A stretch of 59,099 nt of DNA from Gammaproteobacteria bacterium (GCA_021772955.1 JAJFKZ010000090.1:1-59099), one strand, 5' to 3'; counted from the stretch's first letter, positions 17,808 to 26,991 are shown. The notes: generated by a model not told the origin, from the sequence alone. Numbers and translations are program-made.

Positions 17808-18199
17808 AGCACCATTTGTCATCCCGAACAGCTTTTAGCAGCAACGCTTTTATGCCCGAATTGGTTTGCCTGCAAGCACAGTTCATTGTGGAAAGGCAAC
17901 GCCAACACAGCAAAGCACTATTCGTAGGAGCCAGCCCTGCTGGCGATGGTTTACTGAAAAGACCGCGGCAACCCAGAGAAAAAGCAATCTGCGGCTGCCG
18001 TTGTACCAGGCATGTCGATCGGATAACGCAGGTTGCGATGGTAGGGTTTTCTGGTGTGCCGCGCACAACGCCGCAGACACTGCTCAGTAAAGCATCACAG
18101 CATTCGACCTCGCGGTCTGCGCGAAACGATTTGCATTTCAACATGTGTTTTTTGAACGCGCTATCATGGCTATCTGATTCAGACAGGAGCAGCACAACC

Positions 18200-18670
18200 A
18201 TGCAAGGCGATAAGCAAGTCATAGCGCAGCTGAACAAGGCATTGCGCGCTGAACTGACCGCAATCAATCAATATTTTCTGCATTCACGTATCCTCAAGGA
18301 CTGGGGTCTCAATCGCCTGGCCGACAAGGAATACGAAGAGTCAATCGAGGAAATGAAGCACGCCGATGAGCTGATCCAGCGCATTCTGTTCCTGGAAGGC
18401 TTGCCGAACTTGCAGGACCTGGGTCAATTACGCATCGGTGAATCACCGCAAGAGGCCCTGCAATGTGATCTGGCGCTGGAGCTGGATGCCGTCCCGATGT
18501 ACCAGCAAGCAATTGCGTTGTGTGAGCAGCACAACGACTATACCAGCCGCGATTTGTTGCAAAGCATTCTCGATGATGAAGAAGAGCACGTCGACTGGCT
18601 GGAGACCCAGCTGGGCCTGATCGACCGCATCGGCATCGAGAACTATTTGCAGGGCCAGATGCACGACTGA
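18200..18670 (+). CDS. bfr: Bacterioferritin
   Basis: ATG at 18200 preceded by [42 protein letters not shown]...[10 protein letters not shown]...[12 protein letters not shown], a canonical Bfr with heme-Met and ferroxidase residues. The 5' part of the 284-aa ORF is rejected. Confidence 0.9.
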   Translation: MQGDKQVIAQLNKALRAELTAINQYFLHSRILKDWGLNRLADKEYEESIEEMKHADELIQRILFLEGLPNLQDLGQLRIGESPQEALQCDLALELDAVPMYQQAIALCEQHNDYTSRDLLQSILDDEEEHVDWLETQLGLIDRIGIENYLQGQMHD

Positions 18671-18709
18671 TTACTGCTTGTAGGCAGTCAAAGTGTAATT
18701 ATTAAACTG

Positions 18710-18835
18710 GCAACGAATTACCTATGGTATTCGTTGCACGCCGTTTGCGGCGCATGTCCGCAAACGGCTTCGCTACGCGGCCCCGGACCTTCGGCCCGGG
18801 TGTTAACCCGGCAATCCGTTTGCTTGCCGGGTTAA
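18710..18835 (+). other. Cluster of three strong stem-loops downstream of bfr
   Basis: gcaacgaat/attcgttgc (9 bp), gccgtttgcgg/ccgcaaacggc (11 bp perfect) and ttaacccggcaa/ttgccgggttaa (12 bp perfect). None has a clear U-tract. Confidence 0.6.
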
Positions 18836-18886
18836 TAGTACAAATTTAGTCTTGATTATTGCTGCCAATGGCAGCAAAATACAGCC

Positions 18887-19438
18887 ATGTTCAATCATAC
18901 CAGCCAACCGGTAAAATTCGAGCGCGACTGCGATGTGGTGATGATTCCCTCGGGAGATGCGGTGAGCATACCCGCCGGCACCGTTGGCTACATCACCCAG
19001 GCACTGGGGGGCAGCTACACCGTGTTCATTGAGGGCAATCTGTTTCGTATCGCCGGCGCCGATGGCGATGCCATTGGTCGAGACATCGTGCCGCCGCCAT
19101 CGCTGCCGGACAATGCCTCACGCGATGATGTGGAGAAACTGGTCTGGCATCAGTTGAGTAACGTTTACGACCCGGAAATTCCGATTGATATCGTTGAGTT
19201 GGGGCTGGTCTACAAATGTGAACTGCAAGCCCTGAATGACGGCAATTATAATATCGAAATCGAAATGACGCTGACTGCGCCAGGCTGCGGCATGGGTGAT
19301 ATTCTGGTAGACGATGTGCGCAGCAAACTGGTCATCATACCGACCATCGCCAGCGCCAATATCGAGCTGGTGTTTGATCCGCCCTGGAACATGCAGATGA
19401 TGTCAGAGGCGGCCCGTCTGGAAACCGGCATGCTGTAG
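18887..19438 (+). CDS. sufT: Putative Fe-S cluster assembly protein SufT (DUF59/MIP18 C-terminal domain)
   Basis: 183 aa. The C-terminal part VYDPEIPIDIVELGLVY...MTLTAPGCGMG is the DUF59 motif. The N-terminal ~90 aa resembles the long SufT form. Confidence 0.7.
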   Translation: MFNHTSQPVKFERDCDVVMIPSGDAVSIPAGTVGYITQALGGSYTVFIEGNLFRIAGADGDAIGRDIVPPPSLPDNASRDDVEKLVWHQLSNVYDPEIPIDIVELGLVYKCELQALNDGNYNIEIEMTLTAPGCGMGDILVDDVRSKLVIIPTIASANIELVFDPPWNMQMMSEAARLETGML

Positions 19439-19532
19439 ACCGAATGAGTCATTGTGCTTGCGCAGACTGTGGCATCATGACGACTGGCGTTGCCGACGCA
19501 ATTCTGCAGCAACTCGACCCAAGGAACCAACC

Positions 19533-19961
19533 ATGCTCTGGATCAAATCCTTCCACCTGATTTTCATCATCTCCTGGATGGCAGCGCTGCTGTATCTGCC
19601 GCGTTTGTTCGTCAACTGGGCCGAGGTCGACGATGACAGCACCCGCCAGCGACTGGCGCTGATGATGCGTCGTCTGCTCAAACTCGGTCATGTAGCCATG
19701 GGTGGCAGTCTGCTGTTTGGCCTGTGGTTGCTGGGCTGGTGGGTGGGTCACAGTGACGACTACATGAGCCAAGGCTGGCTGCATGCCAAGCTGGCGCTGG
19801 TGCTGATGCTGATCGCCTACCAGATCAGCATCAGCCGCATAAGCAAGCGCTTGATCGCCGGTGACCCACCGCGCAGCTCAAAATGGTATCGCTGGTTCAA
19901 CGAAATTCCGGCCGTGGCGATGCTGGCCATAGTGATATTGGTGGTGGTGAAACCGTTTTAG
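19533..19961 (+). CDS. hemJ: Protoporphyrinogen IX oxidase HemJ
   Basis: ATG at 19533 gives MLWIKSFHLIFIISWMAALLYLPRLFV, the HemJ/UPF0093 signature. 4-TM protein of 142 aa. Confidence 0.8.
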   Translation: MLWIKSFHLIFIISWMAALLYLPRLFVNWAEVDDDSTRQRLALMMRRLLKLGHVAMGGSLLFGLWLLGWWVGHSDDYMSQGWLHAKLALVLMLIAYQISISRISKRLIAGDPPRSSKWYRWFNEIPAVAMLAIVILVVVKPF

Positions 19962-19991
19962 GCTTCGCTGTTCTGTGGAGGGGAAGCGTGG

Positions 19992-20087
19992 CTCTGAAGC
20001 GCTGTATCCACAGATTGCGCAGCTATCTTAGCCGCCGGTATTGAGTAAAACGAAGCCCGTCATACCGGCGCAGGCCGGTATCCAGAC
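19992..20087 (-). repeat. Diverged inverted copy of the 117-bp repeat unit
   Basis: The reverse complement carries gtctggataccggcctgcgccggtatgacg and ctgcgcaatctgtggatacag. These match the two conserved blocks of the tandem unit, while the centre has diverged. Confidence 0.7.
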
Positions 20088-20168
20088 AATTCAATGCATG
20101 CGTCGCTGACGCTACCCCCACGCCCTTTCTTGTTCCCATCGCAGCTGGAATGTCCGCAATGGTCATAA

Positions 20169-20470
20169 GGATTCGCTACGCGAGGTGAAAAAGACTGGAT
20201 ACCGGCCTGCGCCGGTATGACGAGCGTTGATCAGGCAGCTGAAGCCCGTCGTCATCTGTGCATTCTGTGGGTATCGTGCTTAAAAAGATTCGCTACGCGA
20301 GGTGAAAAAGACTGGATACCGGCCTGCGCCGGTATGACGAGCGTTGATCAGGCAGCTGAAGCCCGCCGCCATCTGTGCAATCTGCGGGTATTGTGCTTTA
20401 AAAGGATTCGCTACGCGAGGTGAAAAAGACTGGATACCGGCCTGTGCCGGTATGACGAGCGGTGATCAGG
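20169..20470 (+). repeat. Tandem array, about 2.6 copies of a 117/118-bp unit
   Basis: Units start at 20170, 20287 and 20405 (gattcgctacgcgaggtgaaaaagactggataccggcctgcgccggtatgacgagcgttgatcagg...). Copies 1 and 2 differ at about 7 positions. Copy 3 is truncated at the cysQ stop. Confidence 0.9.
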
Positions 20471-21284
20471 CTCCTAGCCCCGGCCATGGCTGGTTGGGGT
20501 CACCGATGACAAGAAAGTGTGGGTTCAGTAACGACGCCTTGCGATTGTATTGCAGTGCTTTGCCATTGCTTGTGATCACCTGGCCGCCGGCCGCTTCGAC
20601 CACGGCCTGGGCGGCAGCGGTGTCCCATTCCGAGGTCAGACCGAGTCGGGGGTAGAGATCGGCACTGCCTTCGGCCACGCGACAGAACTTCAAGGAGCTG
20701 CCAACGGCAAGCTGCTCATGTCTGGGCAGTCGCTGCAGATAGTCCTGCAATTCGGTGCTGATGTGCGAGCGGCTGGCGATCACCACGGGTGGTTGCGCGG
20801 CGGGCTGCCGGGTGTGGATGCTAACGGCCTGTTCCGGGTCGATGGCATCGTCAAGGCTGGTCAGTAGCAAGCGTTTGGCGCCGTCGGCTACAGTGGCATA
20901 CCAACAGGTCGCCAACACCGGTGCCAACACCACACCGAGTACGGGTTGGTGCTGGTCAATCAGCGCGATATTGACGGTAAACTCGCCGTTGCGTTTGACA
21001 AATTCCTTGGTGCCGTCCAGCGGATCGATCAGCCAGTAGCGCTGCCAGCTCTGACGGATGTTCCAGTCAATGCTGGCAGACTCTTCCGACAGTATCGGGA
21101 TATCCGGTGTCAACGCCTGCAGTCGCTCGACGATGCATCGGTGACTGGCCAGATCGGCCTGGGTCAAGGGGCTGTCATCGTGCTTGTGGGTGACGTCAAA
21201 ATCGGTTTGATAAACCTGCATGATGGCCAGGCTCGCATCGCGGGCAATGTTCAGGCAGTGCTGCACCAGTGTTCTGTCATTCAT
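20466..21284 (-). CDS. cysQ: 3'(2'),5'-bisphosphate nucleotidase
   Basis: KHDDSPLTQADL, ILSEES and WLIDPLDGTKEF are IMPase-superfamily motifs of the CysQ type. Downstream of nudE as in Pseudomonas and enterics. The stop codon lies inside repeat copy 3. Confidence 0.85.
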   Translation of the reverse strand: MNDRTLVQHCLNIARDASLAIMQVYQTDFDVTHKHDDSPLTQADLASHRCIVERLQALTPDIPILSEESASIDWNIRQSWQRYWLIDPLDGTKEFVKRNGEFTVNIALIDQHQPVLGVVLAPVLATCWYATVADGAKRLLLTSLDDAIDPEQAVSIHTRQPAAQPPVVIASRSHISTELQDYLQRLPRHEQLAVGSSLKFCRVAEGSADLYPRLGLTSEWDTAAAQAVVEAAGGQVITSNGKALQYNRKASLLNPHFLVIGDPNQPWPGLGA

Positions 21285-21840
21285 CAGCTGCTATCTCTTT
21301 TTGCAAGTAGTCGCGCACCAGATACAGGGCGGCCAGACTACGGCCCTCGCTGCAATCTTCGCGCATGGCCAGACTGAGCAGGTCGTCCATGCTCCACGGC
21401 AGTACCTCGATTGGTTCCGGCTCGTCACCCGGCAGCGGGCTGGGGTACAGATCGCGAGCCAGTACCACATGGGTGCGATGCACCATGTAGCCCGGCGCCA
21501 GCGTCAGGCTGGTGATTTCACGCAGTTGTCGGGCGGCAAACCCGGTTTCCTCACGCAGTTCGCGGCTGGCACCGGCAAGAATGGATTCACCCGCCTCAAG
21601 TCTGCCTTTGGGCAGGCCCAACTCGTAACTGTGCGTGCCGCAGGCGTATTCGCGGATCAACAGCACCTTGCCGTCGTCACGCAACGCCACAATCAGCACC
21701 GCGCCGACGGCACCACCGAGCACGCGCTCATAGACGCGCTGGACACCGTTGCTGAAGGTCAAAGCCAGCTTTTCTATGCGAAACAGCTTGCTGTCACTGA
21801 TTTCCCGGTGGTTGATTTCAGGCAGTTCAGGCTTGGTCAT
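21277..21840 (-). CDS. nudE: ADP compounds hydrolase NudE (Nudix)
   Basis: Close match from memory to E. coli NudE: FSNGVQRVYERV, LIREYACGTHSYELGLPKG and the Nudix box GESILAGASRELREETGF, then GDEPEP. Overlaps cysQ by 8 nt. Confidence 0.85.
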   Translation of the reverse strand: MTKPELPEINHREISDSKLFRIEKLALTFSNGVQRVYERVLGGAVGAVLIVALRDDGKVLLIREYACGTHSYELGLPKGRLEAGESILAGASRELREETGFAARQLREITSLTLAPGYMVHRTHVVLARDLYPSPLPGDEPEPIEVLPWSMDDLLSLAMREDCSEGRSLAALYLVRDYLQKEIAADE

Positions 21841-22630
21841 GTAAGCGTTGTAGTAATGTTGTGTGCAGTTGTGATGTGGCTGCCGCCAGCACCGAAGTGC
21901 TGTCTGGCTGCAACGGCCGGCCGTGCATGTCGGTCATGATGCCGCCCGCGGCTGCGACGATGATCTGCAGGGCGGCGACGTCTAAAATGTTGACGTCAGA
22001 TTCCAGCACCGCGTCCAATTGTCCGGCCGCCAGGCGGTGATAATGATAGTAATCTCCATAGCCGCGTACACGGTTGCATTCGGCGATGATAGCAGCCAGA
22101 TTCTGCCAGCACACTGCATCGCGTGCCAGGGTACTGACATTGCCCAGCGACAATCTGCAGGCAGAGATGGAATCGGTCTTGCTGACCGAAATACGCGCGC
22201 CGCCGAGCATGCTCGGTTGCACTTTGCTGGCACAGGCGAGTTCGTCCAGTGCCGGAGCCGAGGATACGCCCAGCACGATCTGCTTATCGACCATCAAGGC
22301 GATCTGAATCGACCAGAAAGGCAAGCCGGCAACCCAGCTTTTGGTGCCGTCGATCGGATCCACTAACCACACACAACTGCTGTGGCGCTGTTGTTCGGTG
22401 TTGCGGTCGCCATACTCTTCACCGTGTATGGCGTGCTTTGGATAGGCCTGGCCGATGATCTTGCGGATTGCCTGCTCGGCATCGCGGTCGGCGCATGTGA
22501 CCGGGCTGTGGTCTGCTTTCAACTCGATCGGGGTAGCGCGCCAGTCATGTCGGCTGATGGCTACAGCCGCCTGCTCGGCCGCCAGCAATGCCACCTGCAT
22601 GGCCCGGACCAGATCGAGCGCAGCAGTCAT
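21827..22630 (-). CDS. Inositol-monophosphatase-family phosphatase (HisN/SuhB-like, specificity unknown)
   Basis: KADHSPVTCADRDAE, IHGEE and WLVDPIDGTKSW are IMPase motifs. The start ATG overlaps the gspN stop (ATGA). The 3' end overlaps nudE by 14 nt. Confidence 0.75.
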   Translation of the reverse strand: MTAALDLVRAMQVALLAAEQAAVAISRHDWRATPIELKADHSPVTCADRDAEQAIRKIIGQAYPKHAIHGEEYGDRNTEQQRHSSCVWLVDPIDGTKSWVAGLPFWSIQIALMVDKQIVLGVSSAPALDELACASKVQPSMLGGARISVSKTDSISACRLSLGNVSTLARDAVCWQNLAAIIAECNRVRGYGDYYHYHRLAAGQLDAVLESDVNILDVAALQIIVAAAGGIMTDMHGRPLQPDSTSVLAAATSQLHTTLLQRLHDQA

Positions 22631-23361
22631 TCGTAGCGGCCCTGAATGGGCAACACAAAGCTGCCGTCAGCTTGCGGACTGGCGAGAAATTTCAATTGTG
22701 TGCGCAACTCGGTACGAGCTTGCAGTGGGCGCAAACGCAGTTCCAGCTGGTAGTGGTCAGCGTGCAGTTCGCCGCTGCCCTGCAGTTGCACATCCGGACT
22801 GTTGCGGTTGCTGATCTGCACACTGGTATGATCGTCTTGTGGCTGCAGGGCAACCACTACTTCGCCAAGCTCGATCGCCGCTGCACCAGCCAGTCGTGCC
22901 GCCTGCCAGGTGACTTCTCCCTGCATCAGCAACTGCTGGTTGAGTTGCATGTGCAGGCTGCTGATGTGTGCCTGCAGTTGGCCTTGCAGCGTCAGATCTG
23001 GCCATATCTGCGGCAGTTCAGAGGCGCTCATTGCAAGCTGCACATCGTACAGGCGCAGGCTTTGCCTGGTGACGGAGACATCCGTCAAGGCCAGTTTCGC
23101 CTGCAGTTGCTGCTGACTGTGTTGCAGTTCGAAGCGCAGGGCCAGCGGTGGCACATATTGCCAATGCAACTGACCGCGATGATGGCCCAGCCAGGTGACG
23201 CTGGCGGCGCGTCCGGACCACCACGGGCCGCTGATTCCCTGCAGTTGCAGTTGTGGCAGCCGGGCATCGAACATGGACCAAAGCTGACTGGCTGGCCAGG
23301 CGGCGAGCAATAGCAACAGTATGACCAGCATCGAGGTCAGCAGCAGCAGCAGGCGGCGCAT
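22627..23361 (-). CDS. gspN: Type II secretion system protein N
   Basis: 244 aa with one N-terminal TM (LLLLLTSMLVILLLLLAAW). It is the last gene of the gsp block, and its size and position fit GspN. Similarity itself is weak, so the call is mainly positional. Confidence 0.65.
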   Translation of the reverse strand: MRRLLLLLTSMLVILLLLLAAWPASQLWSMFDARLPQLQLQGISGPWWSGRAASVTWLGHHRGQLHWQYVPPLALRFELQHSQQQLQAKLALTDVSVTRQSLRLYDVQLAMSASELPQIWPDLTLQGQLQAHISSLHMQLNQQLLMQGEVTWQAARLAGAAAIELGEVVVALQPQDDHTSVQISNRNSPDVQLQGSGELHADHYQLELRLRPLQARTELRTQLKFLASPQADGSFVLPIQGRYE

Positions 23362-23864
23362 CAGGATTCGGCCAGATCGATGCGTACATTGACCAGACCG
23401 CTGGCCTGCTGACTGCTCTGGTTGATGCTGAGCTGGCGGCTGGTGAGACCGTAATCGTTGACCAGTGTGGCCAACCAGGCGATCATGGCATCAAAGCTGG
23501 CATCGCGCAGCCAGATGCGCACCTCGCGCTCGTTCTGACCTGGTTCGATGCGTTCAATTGCCGCCGCCATGCCTTGCGCGCGCAGGGTCTCATCCACCAG
23601 CCGCAGCAAGGATTTGTCCGTCGGCAAAGACGGCGTGTTGCGGTGCGCGGATGTGGTTTGTGTCAGTGGCTGGATCTGCTGCAACCACAGGGCTGTAGCC
23701 TGCTCAGCGGCAGCCTGACTGCGCAGTTGCGTGCGAGCTTTCGCCAGCGGGTCCCAGACCAATGCCCAATACAACACTGCTACAGCCAAACTACCCACTA
23801 ATAGTAGCGTGCGCTGCTCACTGTCTGAGCGGACATGCCACCAGTTGCGCCATTGCTGCCACAT
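23361..23864 (-). CDS. gspM: Type II secretion system protein M
   Basis: 167 aa. WWHVRSDSEQRTLLLVGSLAVAVLYWALVWDPL is a typical GspM N-terminus with one TM. 1-nt overlaps with gspL and gspN. Confidence 0.75.
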   Translation of the reverse strand: MWQQWRNWWHVRSDSEQRTLLLVGSLAVAVLYWALVWDPLAKARTQLRSQAAAEQATALWLQQIQPLTQTTSAHRNTPSLPTDKSLLRLVDETLRAQGMAAAIERIEPGQNEREVRIWLRDASFDAMIAWLATLVNDYGLTSRQLSINQSSQQASGLVNVRIDLAES

Positions 23865-25048
23865 CAGTTTGTGCCTCCGCTGATGACTACCCCGGCGCGG
23901 ACGCTGTCGGCGTCTGAGGTGACGCCTTCCAGGCGCGCCTGCAGGCCTTGTTGGCGCAGTTGCAGCAGCATTTCATCCAGCCGGGTCACCGATGCGGTGC
24001 GCAATTGCAAGCGCAACTCTTCGCTGGCAAACTCCAGGCTCTGCAAACTGGTCAGCTGTTGCGCAGCGATTACGGGTGCAGTGATCTGTAACAGACGCAA
24101 GAGCTGATCATGGTTGCTGCCAGTGCGCGCCGCCAGGGCACGCTCGGCTTGCACACGAGGGTTGACGATGGTGGTGATTTCCGGAAAGGTCTGCCGCATC
24201 AGGCTTTGCACCTGCTGCTGGTGTTGCTGCAGCTGGTCTTGCAGCAGCAAATAATCGCTGATCGCATAACCGCTGCCGATCAACAGCAGCACGGCCGCAG
24301 CAATGGCAGGCGCGCGCCAGAGCCTGGTCTGCTGTTGCTCCTGGCTGCTGAAACGACCGCGCAGCAGCTCCAGTTCTGCATTGGCGGATGCCGCAGACAA
24401 AGCCTGCAGCGGCTCGATAATCTGGTGCTGATGCAAATGGCCTTGGAGCTGTGTGGGCGGCTGTTGTCGCGCGCTGCCATACCAGTGCCACTGCGTGTCC
24501 GCGTCCTGTGTGCTTTGCAGCCAGTCCAGTTCTTCTGCCGACAGACACATCGCATCACCGCGGTGATCGCGTAGCAGCCAGTCCTCCTGCAGTTGCATGA
24601 TGCTGTTGCTGTTGCTGTCGCTTTGCCAGGGCAGGCACAGTGCATCGGCCTTGGCGGATTGCGGCTGGATATCATGCGCCTGCAATTGCTCGATAACAGA
24701 CTGCAGCAAATGCGGTTCGATGGCGGCTACCAGGACGCTGCCATCGGGCTGTTGACGACTGTTGACGATATGCAGTTGTTCGACCTCGCCAGCCAGATAG
24801 TCCTCCAGCGCAAACGGCAGTGCCTGTGCCAGTTTGGCCGCCGACATCTGCGGCAATTGCAGGCGCCGGATGTGCATCCAGCTGGCCGGCAGCAACAGCG
24901 TGGCTTGCGCGCTGGCTGGCGGCTTTACGCCGCTGCACAATTCGGCCTGTGGCGCATTGCTGAGCCACAGCCAGTCGCTGATTGCAGTTGCACCGGCCAG
25001 CGCGGACGCAGCAGGGCGGATGTACAAAGTGGTGTCGGCTTCACGCAT
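23864..25048 (-). CDS. gspL: Type II secretion system protein L
   Basis: 394 aa. LAQALPFALEDYLAGEVEQLHIV is the characteristic GspL motif. A central TM (APAIAAAVLLLIGSGYAI) is followed by a periplasmic domain. Confidence 0.8.
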   Translation of the reverse strand: MREADTTLYIRPAASALAGATAISDWLWLSNAPQAELCSGVKPPASAQATLLLPASWMHIRRLQLPQMSAAKLAQALPFALEDYLAGEVEQLHIVNSRQQPDGSVLVAAIEPHLLQSVIEQLQAHDIQPQSAKADALCLPWQSDSNSNSIMQLQEDWLLRDHRGDAMCLSAEELDWLQSTQDADTQWHWYGSARQQPPTQLQGHLHQHQIIEPLQALSAASANAELELLRGRFSSQEQQQTRLWRAPAIAAAVLLLIGSGYAISDYLLLQDQLQQHQQQVQSLMRQTFPEITTIVNPRVQAERALAARTGSNHDQLLRLLQITAPVIAAQQLTSLQSLEFASEELRLQLRTASVTRLDEMLLQLRQQGLQARLEGVTSDADSVRAGVVISGGTN

Positions 25049-25053
25049 GATGC

Positions 25054-25989
25054 TTATGGTAGCGCGGCATGCCGCCAGAGCACAGCATAACTTCGTCCAC
25101 TGCGATGCAGTAATGACTCGAAGCGACGCGGCAAGCCATCCTGCGACACCAGCATGCGCGCGACAAAGTAATCGCTGGTGACCTTGATTTGACCGTTCAG
25201 TGCTGACAGATCCATGCCTTGCAGCACCTCAGCGGCCATGAAATCACCCACATTGCGCCAGGCAGCGCGACCCTGCTGGTGCAGTTCCCGGGCCATCTGT
25301 TCATTGATCAGCGGGTGCAGTGCCATCAATACTTCCACGCTGGCGAGATTGACATTGATCTGTTTTTGCGCCATTGGCAGTACTGTCACATGGGGCTGCA
25401 GTGTGTGCAGCATGTCGCTATCCAGGCCGGCAATCAGCAGCAGTTCAGACGGATGTGCAAATGGCTGGTTGGCGGTCAGATAGGCGCTGTTCTGGCTCAG
25501 GTAAAACTGATCTTCCGCGCCTTGTGGTCGCGGCATGTTATCGCTGTCAATCCAGTCATGAATGCGGTCACCCAGCAGCGCCGGCAGGCCCAGGTTGGCG
25601 AGCAGCCGATCCAGTATCAATCTGGCATCCGCATCGTCGCTGCCGTCGTTGTTGATCAATGCATTCAGATTGAAGCGACCGTCGAGACTGCGTAAATCAC
25701 CACTGACCACCCCACCGGGTATGGGCATGGCCGGCAGTTGCTGCGCCCACGGTGAGGCCAGGTTATCTAGCTCCGGTTCGCGGTCGCGATCTTCGCGCAG
25801 TGCCTTGCCGGCCAGCGCTTCCAGACCGGCCACGTATTCGCTCGCGCGCAGGCTGGCAGCCATGCTTTCAGTGCGTGCCAGATCCAGCGTCAGGCGCTGC
25901 TGAATAGTGACGGTCAGGATGCTGGCCAGGGCCATGATCAGCAAGGCCAGCAGCAGCGCGGTGCCGGATTGTCGGCCGCTGTTGTGCAT
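25054..25989 (-). CDS. gspK: Type II secretion minor pseudopilin K
   Basis: 311 aa. The N-terminus QSGTALLLALLIMAL lacks Glu+5, as GspK does. Also ...DSDN.P...GAED.YY...N. A GspK-type C-terminal domain follows. Confidence 0.85.
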   Translation of the reverse strand: MHNSGRQSGTALLLALLIMALASILTVTIQQRLTLDLARTESMAASLRASEYVAGLEALAGKALREDRDREPELDNLASPWAQQLPAMPIPGGVVSGDLRSLDGRFNLNALINNDGSDDADARLILDRLLANLGLPALLGDRIHDWIDSDNMPRPQGAEDQFYLSQNSAYLTANQPFAHPSELLLIAGLDSDMLHTLQPHVTVLPMAQKQINVNLASVEVLMALHPLINEQMARELHQQGRAAWRNVGDFMAAEVLQGMDLSALNGQIKVTSDYFVARMLVSQDGLPRRFESLLHRSGRSYAVLWRHAALP

Positions 25990-26606
25990 CAGTTCAGCCC
26001 CACCGTGGCAAACGCGCGGCGATAGCGGCTGTCATCTGCAAACACCAGACTCACTTCAACCGCCAGTGGCAGCAAGCTATTGTTGAGCCCCGTTTGCCCC
26101 GGGTTGGCCGGAGGCCACTGCGACTGCCAGTCACGATTGCTGTCCAGATAGCGAAATTGCAGTTCCTGCAGGCCGTGCAGCAGCACATCTTGCTGGTCGC
26201 CATTGATCAAGCTGCTATCGGTGTTGATCCACCAGCTGCGCAGCAGCAGTCCGTTATCCAGCTGGTAGCGGTAGCGCTGCAGCTCGCTGCGTTGCTGCGC
26301 CAGCGGATTGCTCCAACCGCTGCGCACAGCTTGCAGACTACTGCTGGTGCCGGTCGCTGCTGCCAGGTGTCCGCCGCTGTTGTCGCGCACGCGCCGGGCG
26401 ATCATTTGTTGCAGATCCTGCTGCAGCTGGTGCCAGGTGACCTGCAGCTCCTGCAACTGTTCGGCTTGTTGCTGTTGTTGTTCCCAAACCCGTACCAGGC
26501 TGTTCAAGGCGGCGTAACCGCCGGCAATGATGAACGTAAATGCGGTGATCGCAATCAGCAACTCGATCAGGGTAAAGCCACGGCAGCGCTGCTGATGAAA
26601 CATCAA
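25989..26606 (-). CDS. gspJ: Type II secretion minor pseudopilin J
   Basis: Prepilin-type N-terminus RGFTLIELLIAITAF. 205 aa, in the I-J-K order. Confidence 0.85.
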   Translation of the reverse strand: MMFHQQRCRGFTLIELLIAITAFTFIIAGGYAALNSLVRVWEQQQQQAEQLQELQVTWHQLQQDLQQMIARRVRDNSGGHLAAATGTSSSLQAVRSGWSNPLAQQRSELQRYRYQLDNGLLLRSWWINTDSSLINGDQQDVLLHGLQELQFRYLDSNRDWQSQWPPANPGQTGLNNSLLPLAVEVSLVFADDSRYRRAFATVGLN

Positions 26607-26980
26607 TTGCGTCCAAAAAAGCCGATGTGGGTGGCCGCGGGTTGCTCCAGAGAGTCGCTGAATACAACAATGTCGGCGCGGCGTATGTCGCGGTCGGCAG
26701 TGGCGCTGATGACGGCTTGCCAGCGCCAGTCCTGCTGACCCATGAATTGCGTGCCATTTTGCGTTCCGGTGCTGGGGAAAGCTGCATCAATGCGCAGCTG
26801 GGTAATGACGTTTTCGGCTACCCACAGGGCCTGCGAGCTGTCTCGCAGATGCTTATAGTGACTGGGGGCATTGCCGCCGGAGTGACTCAAGGCAAGCACC
26901 GCAATGCTGATGATGGCCAGCGCAATCATGACTTCCAGCAGGCTGAATGCCGCGCTATGACGAGGTGCTTTTGATCGCAT
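26603..26980 (-). CDS. gspI: Type II secretion minor pseudopilin I
   Basis: Prepilin-type N-terminus AAFSLLEVMIALAIISIA. 125 aa. 4-nt overlap with gspJ. Confidence 0.85.
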   Translation of the reverse strand: MRSKAPRHSAAFSLLEVMIALAIISIAVLALSHSGGNAPSHYKHLRDSSQALWVAENVITQLRIDAAFPSTGTQNGTQFMGQQDWRWQAVISATADRDIRRADIVVFSDSLEQPAATHIGFFGRN

Positions 26981-26991
26981 AGCAGCGCGCG

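Noticed and set aside
17816-18199. 128-codon N-terminal extension of bfr in the ORF track
   Set aside because: Bacterioferritin is about 155-160 aa. The internal ATG at 18200 has a CAGGAG SD, and the extension is repeat-derived sequence.
17569-18267. 232-aa (minus) and 109-aa (plus) ORFs in the bfd-bfr spacer
   Set aside because: They are built from REP-like repeats; the DWIPACAGMT-type peptide is a known sign of translated palindromic repeats. They have no start context, and they overlap the true bfr start.
20169-20470. Possible CRISPR array
   Set aside because: The whole 117-bp period, including what would be spacers, is conserved between copies. The period is too long, there are only about 2.6 copies, and there are no cas genes.
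20217-20655. 68-aa and 103-aa ORFs with internally repeated peptide sequence
   Set aside because: They are a direct translation of the 117-bp tandem array, and the second also runs antisense into cysQ.
8593-23313. Other long antisense ORFs (8593-9369, 14022-14738, 21220-21939, 22588-23313, 28269-28907, 31727-32396 and others)
   Set aside because: Each lies opposite a gene with strong family motifs (thiG, dapE, nudE, gspN, bioA, chpA). The pattern is expected in a moderately GC-rich genome.
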